A stretch of 64,000 nt of DNA from Lophium mytilinum (lineage: Eukaryota), in contig MU004191.1 in NCBI GenBank assembly GCA_010093605.1, forward strand, positions 604,816 to 668,815, written 5' to 3'. Every line of letters begins with the position of its first letter. Position 1 is the first letter of the stretch. Below, in pieces: positions 12,401-23,196 of this stretch. The position numbers were made by a program, and so were the translations under genes. Below the pieces are notes generated by a model, which saw nothing but the letters and a program-made list of their open reading frames with translations, made no database searches and had not been told where the DNA came from.

Positions 12401-13236
12401 TGTAGAAACCAATCAGAAGTTCCCGGTTGCCGCAATGATGTGATGGCTATCTGCTTTGCTTTTGGGCTGAGGGACGATAGCCATTCTAAAATTTTCCGTT
12501 TCTCCTTAGGTTTCTCGATCTTCTTTCGAAGCCGTTTGAGTGCATTCTCTTCGCCTTCGCCATAAAGGAGGGGCATGAAGATGTCGAATATTCCTAGCAG
12601 TGAGTACGCCTTATCTTCTTCGCGTGTCGTCTGGCGCTTTCTTGCCCAGGATAATCGCTTTTCGATATTGAAATCGCACAGAGGAGTACCTCGCAGGGCT
12701 GGTATGTCGATGCCTGTTATTTCGTGGATCTGTTGCTCTAAACTTGCCTTATCGCCTAGATACATGCCTTCTTGAGAGAAGAACTCGACTGAACGTGGTG
12801 CAAGAAGCTCTTGAAGGGTCCAACCCCGGGTAAACCACTTGCTTCTCGTGAATGTCGGTTCACGGGAGAACTCGTCATCCCTGACCAAACCACCCGTTGA
12901 AAGGTCAGACAAATAGACGTAGCACCGTGTCGCCTCGTGATACCAGCGGAACATTGAGTTGATGGCTTCTGATAGCTCTGAGCTACTCGATTTGTCAATG
13001 CAGCACGTATCGACCCAGAACAGCTGCAGGCCATCATGCGCAGCTTGTTTTGCGCAAAATGTAAGCTTGCGATAGCCCGCCTTGCTCTTGCCTGTACTCT
13101 CTATCAAGTCTCTAAAGGTAATTTCTTCGTCATCCGCTCCCCAGATATGCGAGAGAATTGCATATTGCGGGATGTTCCTGCCAAAATACTCGACAAGGCT
13201 GAATTCGCCCTCATCTTTACATCGCAAAAGACGCAT
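9496..13236 (-). CDS. Fungal NLR: HET - NACHT - ankyrin - ZZ-type zinc finger, 4 exons
   Basis: HET (YAILSHIWG, FWVDTCCIDKSSSSELSEAINSMFRWY, WFTRGWTLQE); Walker A GPSGAGKT; Walker B LIIDGIDEC; AHFSVKEYL; ankyrin-like repeats; C-terminal CSNC...RYRCLNCIDTDLCADCY...HEF. Introns 12316-12262, 10839-10506 and 10126-10078 join the four ORFs in frame. Confidence 0.88.
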
Positions 13237-13545
13237 GAGGAGAGTATTGTTGGAGGGCTCTTTTCAGGGATAACATAAGAATAGATGTAGACAAGACGCG
13301 CATAGAGTCGAGCACTTAAAGAAGTGAGACTGTTCTGGCTAGAAGAACGAGTTGGAGATAGCGGGGCAGAATGCCGTCACAGCCAGGCTGTAGTAGACCT
13401 TTTTAAGTCATCTTTCTGCACCTAGCGACCTACACGCATTACAGTATCTTGGTGTAGACCAACCTTAACGTGGCGCAACGATTTGAGCGAAAGGCAGGCA
13501 GACAAACTCGGCACAACTCAAAGTGGAAGCCCACCGCAGCCTATT

Positions 13546-14020
13546 TGTCGGGTGCGAAATAGCGTAGAATCCTTGGCGGACTTTTTCGAGCTCCGCATTA
13601 TAAAATTCTATGTACTCGCTCCACAACACATTCTTCAGCACCGTGTGTAGTACTTGTATAGTATTTACCTAGGTATAAGAAGGTCTTTGCAGAAGTTTTA
13701 GGTTTTAAGATTTAGTTTTAGTTATTTTATTTAGGGTACAAGCCTGCAGGAGAAAATTAGACGCGACGAAGTTGCAAATGCGCTAGGTCGCGCTAATCTA
13801 GCGCATCTTGGCAGTTTTCTAGGCCAACTTCGCACTAGAATAACCCCTCTCCCTTTATATATTGGAGGCTGGAACTAAAGGGGCAAAGTTAACTATAAAG
13901 TAAGAATCTGCTGTAGAAGTTTTAAGACCGTAGCTTTTAATCTGTGTTAGAGCTCTTCGAAGACGTGATGCGGAGCTCGAAAAAGTTCGCCAAGGATTCT
14001 ACGCTATTTCGCACCCGACA
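13546..14020. mobile_element. MITE / non-autonomous DNA transposon with ~55-bp terminal inverted repeats (TGT...ACA)
   Basis: TGTCGGGTGCGAAATAGCGTAGAATCCTTGGCGGACTTTTTCGAGCTCCGCAT from 13546 is the reverse complement of 13968-14020 with one mismatch. Interior is AT/TpA-rich with no ORF. Confidence 0.88.
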
Positions 14021-14429
14021 AATTCTACCCTTTAGTTCTACTGCCCGACGTTTGCCCGCTGCGGTCGAGCACCGTCCGGAGAGGAATCAGGCTTGCCGAA
14101 ATTGGTAGTTGGGCGTTTTGATAACGTACCAGAGCACCTCAAACGGTACTATACAGGCGTACACCAGCACTCAGAGGCAGGAAGTTTGGGATCAGAACCA
14201 CGGCAGGCACTTTTTGTTCAATATACCTGGTAGACGACTTGGTCCAATATATTACTCCGCGGGGTTCTCAACGCTCAAAGTTAGCAGAGGGAGTCTCTAA
14301 GCATCCGAGTACTTAAGCGCGTACAGCTGCTGCAGAGGTTGCAATTCAGGTCATATCACGCCGTCAAGGTAACCATTCATTTCTTTTACCCTTGTAACCC
14401 TACAACATACATATCTAAACTTCTCTCAG

Positions 14430-16801
14430 ATGGTATGCAAAATATGCTTCCACTTCTCCCATACCCGCATCGGGTCCTTCGCCTTTCCGAAACTCCAGCA
14501 ATCTGCGTCATCAGGATGTCCTTACTGTTCTCTACTCGTCCGTAGCCTGGATGCGTTGCTCCACCTCTCAGAGATCGAGAAAGTTCAAATCTCCAACAAA
14601 CGCTCGGGAGAGTGGTGTCTTGCGGTCAATGTGACACTGCGCGCTGGATATCGTCCGAAGATTGGTCCCGTATTCGGGAAGATGTCGTCTGGGGCGCAGG
14701 AAGTCGTGCAGATATTTGCGCATGAAGGTATGAGATGCTGCTTTTTTAAATGAGAGAGATGCTACTCCCGTGATAGTCGGTCCAATGTAGCGAGTGTTGC
14801 CATGGAGAGGATTATAGCATTGATGCGACTTTTCGAGGAATCCTGAGTCTCCAAACTGACTCGATCATAGGCCACGGAAAGCCAGGAGACTGGGTCACAA
14901 CTCTGTACAACGTGCCAGACCCATGTTCCGAAGCATCGTTCCAGTTCATATCAGAAAGCCTCCGCAGCTGTCAAGAAACGCACGACTGTTCAGAAATGAG
15001 CGGCCAGCTCCTTCCCCGGCGAGCCGTTGATGTCGGCACGCCATCAAGTCCAATCCGCGTCGTCGACTACAGCTCGGAACTCGGTCCCTATGTTGCCTTG
15101 AGCCACTGCTGGGGGGATAACAAGCATGTTCGATTGACGTCGGACACCACCAGCTTCTTCCAAAACATACCCCTCGAGGTTTTGCCTGCGACTTTCAGCG
15201 ACGCGATTGAGGTGACGCGTAGGTTGAATTTAAATTATGTCTGGATTGACTCGCTCTGCATAATCCAGGACAGCGCAGAGGACTGGGAGATCGAGTGTGC
15301 CCGAATGGGTGACATATACCAGAATGCCGAGTTGACCATTGCGGCGACGTCTTCGCCGAGCAGCAGCAGGTCGTTCTTAAGACCGCCTGAAAAGATGAAA
15401 CAGCCAAGAGTGCAGGTTCCGTTTTGGAACAAAGATGGGAAAGAGTTCGCGCTACAGGCAGTAAGACCCCTCTCGTATCATTTCGATAACGTCGATTCGA
15501 CAGAGGGATATCTGAACAAGCGAGCTTGGTGTTTCCAGGAAGACATGCTCTCAAAACGACTTGTCAGCTACCAAAACATCGATATCAAATGGCGGTGTTC
15601 TGAGGGCCATATGTGCCAATGCGTAGGACCGAGTGTCAAGCGATCCGACTCAGCAACATCGGTTCGCACACTTCGCGACGAGCCGGAAGAGGAAAGTGTG
15701 AACACATGGCTGCAGGCTGTAAACGATTTCTCAGACCGAGATATAACTTTTGTTAGCGATCGACTGCCTGCACTCGCTGGTATTGCGACCGTATTTCACG
15801 AATCGTTTTCGTGGACGTATGTTGCTGGACTTTGGAAAGAGTGGCTCCTTCATTGTTTGTGCTGGAAATCCGACTATAGAGACCCGATTCTACCGGATCG
15901 CCTTCAGCCATTAGCACCCTCCTTCTCCTGGGCTTCGTCGCAATCCTCGGTCCTCTATGACCGTGCTGGCATGTATCTTGAACCGGTACAAGTGCCGACA
16001 AAGGTGCTCGCGGTCAGCAGCACTTTGAAGGGAGAGAAGAATCCGTTTGGAGAAGTGACTGGCGGGTATATTGAAGTGGAAGGGCCTTTGATAGAGGCGC
16101 GGCTTCGGTGTTCCGACACTTCAAGTTATCATGACTATTTCGTGGATTGCGAGCCACTTGGGGAGTGGAAGTTCTGCCCCGATACGCATCTAGCAAGACG
16201 CACAGTAGGTGGGGTAGCAGTAGCAGCTCGGTGTTCCGTTGGCAAGGTAGAGAAGCTTGAGGATGTTCGAGTTTGGATATTGTGTCTTGCGCTCAATTTT
16301 AGTGACATCAACGATTACACTATTGATGCCATTGCACTTCGTCCGCTCGAGGGTAACCTAGATCACTTCGAGAGAATCGGGTTCCTGGAAGACGGAGGAC
16401 CACAATTCATTTTAGATCACCAATGGTGGGTAGATCCCTCACAGAACTCGGCTCCTCCGGGAGACCTTGATTCCCCAAGACCCAACAATGCAGTCCAAGG
16501 AGATGAGGATACGTCAGATACATCAGAAGGATATGATTCACAGGCAGACGACAATGGGATCCAAGATGACAGCCAGTTATCACAAGAAGACGAAATTATC
16601 TCGGAGTTATCAGAAGGAAACTCCGCGGACGATGATAACGGTGATTTGTCAGAAGCAACAGAGGATGGAGATGTTCCGAAGAAGAGAGACCACTATCCAC
16701 CTGGAAAGCCTCTCACAATTGGGGGTAGGACCTATCATCCTTACAAGGCGTGGAAAATACTAACTTCGGACGTCGAACCACGTAGGATAAGGATAGTCTA
16801 G
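14430..16801 (+). CDS. HET-domain protein with N-terminal CxxC motifs and acidic C-terminal insert, 2 exons
   Basis: Exon1 14430-14727 (CKIC...CPYC); intron 14728-14870 (GTATGA..CTGAC..TAG); exon2 in frame with YVALSHCWG, YVWIDSLCIIQD, MGDIYQNA, RAWCFQE, DRLPALAGIA, APSFSWAS. Confidence 0.9.
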
Positions 16802-16924
16802 TAAAAGGTGGACAGAAAGTAGATTAAGATCGAAAGTAATTCTAGAAGATGCTGATTTAATTGCAAGAGTTAAAAGAGGTCTCGAATTGTGTGAAGTGAC
16901 GATATCGCCCATTTAATGTTCTTC

Positions 16925-17538
16925 TTACACGTTTCTCCCTTTCAACCATACAGCAACCTCTTCAGCACTCTTATCCGGAGGAAAGACCGGATACCAAACC
17001 TTTACAATAGTCCCGCTCTGGATCGCTAGCGTAAGGCGTTTTACTAAAACACGGTCCTCCCATTCGAATGTCGGTAGTTTCAATGCGCCTACAAGCCGCG
17101 ATTGGTCATCGGACAGCAGCTCAAAAGGCAAATGCAATCGCCCCTTCACTTCCACCTGATACGCAGTGTCTTGCGTTGAAAGACCGAATAGACTGTTCAC
17201 GCCGAGTGCGCGCAATTCCTCTTTCATGTCTCTAAAACCGCAGGCTTGCGGCGTGCAACCGCGGGCGCCTGGGATGGCGTTCCATTCTTCAGGCACCGTT
17301 TCGCCTCGTGCTCCCGTACGCGGGTAGCAGAAGACTATGGTGAGATCTGGAAGGGTGGAAAGGTCGACGGATTCGCCAGATGTCGCGATGAGGGGTAGAG
17401 AGGGGAGCTTGGTGTTGACGAGGTGGGCGCAAGCTCCATCGTCTTGCGGCACCGGCAGATCAGATGGAAAGGTGGTGTCTTTCTCGTGTTAGTAGCTGTA
17501 TAGATACATGCTTTCAAGGAAACCCACTGACGGGCCAT
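16925..17538 (-). CDS. Peroxiredoxin (AhpC/TSA, BCP/PrxQ-like)
   Basis: LPVPQDDGA, FCYPRTG...IPGARGCTPQACGFRD, KRLTL, YPVFPPD. Probable micro-exon ATGGCCC at 17538 followed by a GTCAGT..ACTAAC..AAG intron. Confidence 0.85.
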
Positions 17539-17757
17539 TATTGTGACTTCAACTTTACCCTTACGCGTGGTTGAAGCAATACAAAGACCGAGAATGCCGA
17601 CGTCATGGACCTCTCGGATGGTGACTGACGCGTGCTGGCGCGATGAGCGAATCGCAGGCCTTGCTTACTATTACACCCCACCATTCACTGAGCTCCCCTC
17701 TAGTTGGTGTTTCGCGATCAGTCTACTTATCTCACCCGCTCCATACGTGCTCCTTCC

Positions 17758-19670
17758 ATGTTCTCCCAGCGCCTTCTCCAATCCGCCCCTCGAAGACTCG
17801 CGCAGCTACAACACCAATTCATTCAACGAGCAGCTTTCGTGACGAGCTCTAGAACTATGGCGCAGGAATACAAGCTCAAGGACGTCACGTCATTGGACCT
17901 GAAGAATGGTGACAAGAAAGAGGTAGAAGTTGAGGGTATTGAGGGTGGCAAGGTGCTGCTCGTGAAGGTCAAGGGTCAAGTTCATGCTACCAGTGCGAAT
18001 TGCACGCATTTCGGAGCTCCGTTGAAGAATGGAATCCTCACTCCAGAAGGCAGATTGACTTGCGCGTGGCATGGCGGTACGCAGATCTCTCAAGCTGACT
18101 TTAGACACGGCCTGACGATCATCTAGCTTGCTTCAGCGTCTCCACCGGAGACGTCGAGGATGCTCCCGCCCTAGACGGTCTGTCAAAGTATGACCTCGTT
18201 GAGAAGGATGGTGCTGTGTATGTCAAGAGCGACGAGGCTACAATCAAGGCGAACCGACGGGTGTTGAACATCAAGTGCTCTGCAAAGAGTGACGAGAAGG
18301 TCCTAGTGATAGGAGGGTAAATTACTCCACTATCTGTCAACTTCAGTAGCTCGAATACTAACGTCATCGATCAGAGGTAGCGGCACCATCGGAGCAGTCG
18401 AGGGTCTACGCGGTGGAGGCTTCACAGGACACATCACCGTCATATCAAAGGAGGGCTACAGGCCAATTGACAGAACCAAGCTCTCGAAAGCACTGCTAGC
18501 CGATGTCTCCAAAGCTGCCTGGCGATCCCCCGAATTCTATAAGGATGCGTCAATCGACATACTCGAGGACGAGGTGACGAAGGTAGACTTCTCGAGCAAG
18601 AAGGTCTCCACCACATCTGGCAAATCATACGAATACACAAAGCTGGTGCTGGCTACAGGAGGACAACCAAACTGGCTGCCTCTACCAGGCTTAAAGGGTG
18701 ACCTGAGCAACGTCTTCGTTCTCCGTGCTATCCCAGACACCCAAGGCATCGTAAAGGCCGTCGGCGACAACGGCAAGAAGATCGTAGTCGTTGGCAGCTC
18801 CTTCATCGGCATGGAAGTCGCCAACTGCCTCGCCAGCCAAAAGAACGACGTCACCGTAATCGGCATGGAATCAGGTATATACATACAAACCCTCCCCTAT
18901 CTCACCTACTCTCGCTGACCCAATCCCCCACAGCACCCATGGAGCGCGTCATGGGCACCACAATCGGCAAAGTCTTCCAAGGTCTCCTGGAAAAGAACGG
19001 CGTGAAATTCTACATGAACGCCTCCGTCGAAAAAGCCACGCCCTCCTCCACCGACTCCTCCAAAGTCGGCGCCGTCCACCTCAAAGACGGCACAACCCTC
19101 GAAGCCGACCTCGTCATCGAAGGCGTTGGCGTCAAGCCCGCTACCACCTTCCTCAAGGACGCCCCCGGTCTCACCCTCGAGAAAGACGGCTCCATCAAAA
19201 CCGACGAATCCTTCGCTGTTGAGGGCTTGAAGGATGTGTATGCTATCGGCGACATCGCGACGTACCCCTACCATGGCCCTGGTGGTGACGGCAAGGCGAC
19301 ACGCATCGAGCATTGGAACGTCGCGCAGAACGCTGGCCGCAGTGTCGCGGCGGCCATCAACAATCCTAGCTCGAAGCCGAAAGCGTTTATCCCCGTCTTC
19401 TGGTCGGCTCTAGGATCCCAGCTCAGGTATTGCGGGAACACGGTGGGCGGGTACGACGACGTGGTCATTCAAGGCGATACGGAAAAGCCAGCATTCGTTG
19501 CTTTCTACACGCAGGGGGAGACGGTGGTAGCGGTGGCGAGTATGGGTAAGGATCCGTATATGTCGCAGAGCGCGGAGTTGATGAGGCGGGGGAAGATGGC
19601 GGGCAAGAGCGAGCTTGAGGGAGGTCTGGACATCATGGGAATTGATGTCCCGGCCGAGATCAAGATCTGA
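17758..19670 (+). CDS. aif1: AIF-like Rieske [2Fe-2S] + FAD/NAD(P)H oxidoreductase, multi-exon
   Basis: Rieske CTHFG...CAWHG; KLVLATGG; VVVGSSFIGME; VYAIGDIA; RIEHW; PVFWS. Arg-rich, acid-free N-terminal presequence. Confidence 0.88.
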
Positions 19671-20386
19671 GATGCGGAAGGGATTAGATGGTGGCGTGGA
19701 TGAAAAAGGCATGGAACGATGAATTCATGAAGGAGAATGAAACCCAGAGGTCATTGAGGCAGGTAATCGCCCACATATGTATCAAAGTAATGAGATTTAT
19801 GTCAGCACGGCTTTACGGTATGTCAGGAGTGTTTGAAGACCCTCTAGTGGCCACCCCACCGCAACCATGTCACTGCGTCTCGATGAAGCAAAGGAGTCTA
19901 GCTGGTGGCGAGGAGACTCATTGCAAGGTGGCTTCATTTCTCTCTCATTAGTTTGACGAGGGATTGATTTTCAACCTCATTCTTCAACACTGAGATCTGA
20001 CGCTGTAAATCAAGCCCTAGACCTCCCCCAAGTCGCACCATCCAGGGGACCTTCAACTTCAATCCCATGGGCACATCATGACTACTCAATACCGAGTAGC
20101 CCCAAGTCCGTGGAACGGAGACCCTCTCACGGGCAACACACAATGCCATAGCGCCATCGCGGTGGTAGATACACATCTATTCCCTACTCATCTACAACCC
20201 CTCCACCACCACAGTGACCAGCACTAACCACAAATGCTCAGAAACATACCCGAAGCCCCAATTTCGCCCAAGGTATCCGCGCAGACCTCGCCAGCAAACG
20301 CCCCACACCAATATTATAGAACCCCACACAATGACCTCGACGCCAACCCACGCCATGCATAAACAAGACCCCCCGCTAACGAAAGC

Positions 20387-22832
20387 TCACTTCGAGCTCC
20401 CAAAGAAATGATGCTTCTTCTTCTTCTTCTCCTCCTTCCCATACTTGATCCCCCCAGACCCCGACCCCGTCCCCGTCACATTCCCATTCGACGGCTTCGG
20501 CGGTGCCGCCGCCCCACCGCCAGAATTCAGCGTCATGTTCGCTAACCCGGCCGACGGCGGCGCTGGCGCTTTCGGCAGACCCGGTTTCGCGGCGTTGGGC
20601 GGGACGACTGGTTTCGGGGGCTCGTCGCGCTCGAAGAGGTGGGCGGGCGCTTTCGGCTTCGGCAGCTCAGCTGGGATGCCCAGACGACGCTTCTCGACTG
20701 AAAGGTCGCCGACCTGGCGCACGAAGAGGGCGGGCGTGAGCATGTGCGACGTGACGAGGAAGACGTCGCGTGAGGTCTTGGCGGAGACTTCGTAGCAGGC
20801 GCGCGACTCGGAGTAGGTGGCGCCGCCGGCCATGAAGACGATGACGCGCTGGCGGGGCTCGACGGAGCTGAGGCGGGACTTGGCCCAGGTGGGTTTCGCG
20901 GAGCGGAGGGAGGTGGCGGTGATGAGGTCGGAAGGGTTAGCAGCAGCATCCATGTTGGGCTTGGTGTAGGGGAACACGGTCTGGTCGAGGGCGCCGTGTA
21001 CATGGGCTTCGAGGAGGTGTTGGAGTGCGGTGGTGTAGCGCGAGAGAGCGTATTCTTCGGCGTTGGCGGCGGGAGGGGGCTTGTTAGGGAAGATAGGGGG
21101 TGGGCTTGGCTTGTTGTCTTTTAGAGGCCTCGCGACACGAGCGCCGAGGAGGTCGAGATTGCGGACGACTTCGCCATCCCCAGGCGGTAGCTGGGCATGT
21201 GCGAGGAGCTTCATGAGATCGGCGGGGAGAAGTCCGTCTCTGTAGAGGAGGTAGAGTGCAATTAGACGAAGCCGGTCCGGAGGCGTGATGCTGTCTTCGT
21301 CTAGAGTGCGCACGATTTGATCCGCTACGTTCTTGGGCTTGCGGTAGTCTTCGTCAAGGCCTGTGGCGAGGGTCTGATCGAGTCTGTTAGCTTCTCCTGC
21401 GTTTGCACGCACATGATCGACATACCTGTTCCACTGATGCTAGATCTGGTAGCTTTTGTTGCTGAAAGAGCTGCATGCACTCCTGAGCCATGCTTAGGTG
21501 TAACGAATATGCCTCTTTCATTTCTTGGAACTGGGGCAGCCCGGCGATCATGTCTTTGATGGCATTCAACCCGCTCATCCCAGCTGTGTCCTGGGCCTGG
21601 TTTGTAAATTGTGGATTTTCGTCGATGAATCTCTGGAAATCGCCCATCAATTTTTCAATCGTGTCTTTCATGTGCCGATGTCTGTTTTCTACCCATATCT
21701 TGTCCTTTTCACTAATCTCCATATCCTTCTCCTCTTCATCTGGCCTACCTTCGTTGAGCTTTGTTTTGTAGGTCACTTTCTCTCCTTCTTTTACTGGTAG
21801 TAGATCATGCGCCATGGCTTGGTAGGTGAACTCGTGCAATAACGGAGCGAACAAGTCCATCGACCGATCCGTTATGTACAGCGCCCCTCGTGGGCGATTG
21901 GACTGGGGCGGGAAGTTCTCGTGATACTGAGCGTACATGTCTATCTGTTCCTGCACGAAGCGTGCAAGGTGCGAGCAGAGTACACTCGCCTCGTGGGAGG
22001 GGTTGCGTGGGCGGTAGTAGCGGATTGTAGGATATTCTCCTAGCGAAACACAGACAGCCACAATCTACACGCTACTGTCAGTGTTTGAATGTTTGATCAG
22101 TGTCGTAGGATTACCTTTTGTGCCAGATCTTCCATATGATTTCGCACGAGATTGTTACATGCAGGATGAAACAGGACTGGGAAGCTCCAGGGGTCTCGTA
22201 GAGTGACGAGGTGTGATTCGCGCGGATAGTAGTCAATTTCTAGGACTTTGAAGACCCGTATCTGTTCTCGTGCCATAGCAGATCGGTCTATCCGTTCTCG
22301 TAGCGGGGGTGGCAGCACTAGTGAGGGAAACATCAGCTACGCTTCATAAATGACGGTGCAAGTTGCCTTACATGAGGTCCAGATTAGATAGGATCCTCGA
22401 TATCTCCTTCGCTCAAAGTCGGCCATGACACAATCAACGATGTGCGGCTGAGCTGTAAGGAAATAGATGGCGTCCATATCCTTATTCAAAGGCCGCCTTT
22501 CCTCGATTCGTTCAATGTCTGGGAATCAGTCAGGCACCCAACACAGGCGTAGATCTTGGGGTCGCCATACTGGTTATCTGCTCATTGAGAACGTCATCTT
22601 CCTTCACAACGTTGGCAATGAGCTTCTGGCTCGTCTCGTCGACAATAAGGACTTTCCACTGCAGGCGAGGGTCAGAAGGGCATTTCCGAGGCGGAGAACG
22701 GGGAGGCTACTTCTCCACGGCCGGTATTCCTGATGCAGTCGAGTATTACTGAAGACTATATTAGCAGATGAAGATTTCAAGGTGGTATGGAGCTGTACGT
22801 TCGCGCTGAGTGTCTATAATGGAGACCCCCAT
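20387..22832 (-). CDS. SEC1: Sec1/Munc18 family exocytosis SM protein, multi-exon
   Basis: CVSLGEYPTIRYY, DRSMDLFAPLLHEFTYQAMAHDLL, RHRHMKDTI, DRLRLIALY, VFMAGGATYSE. ATG at 22832. Confidence 0.93.
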
Positions 22833-23196
22833 GACGGACAAGCTAAGGCAGGCGTATGGCGGTCAGACACTCTCAGCGGGGATGGTGTGAGTTTCCGGTG
22901 CAGCAGAAGCTAAAACTATTTATTCAGCGAACTGTAGCAAGCTGTACGTGGCGTAGGACGTTGTTGTGGTGGAGAGAGCGGGCTGCGGAGGGGTGGTGTT
23001 GGTTCACTCTCGGCGAAGGCCAACCTCGCTCCGCGTCAATTCGATGATGCGAAACTTTTGACTACGTGCCTTGCCGGGCTCTCCACGACCACCGTTTCCT
23101 CCTTCACTCCTTTGCGCCTCCAATTCGATCGGACCATATTCGACGCTCGCCTGCGACCCTTCTGCGCCAGTCCAATCCTGCTCACGCGCTCTTGGG

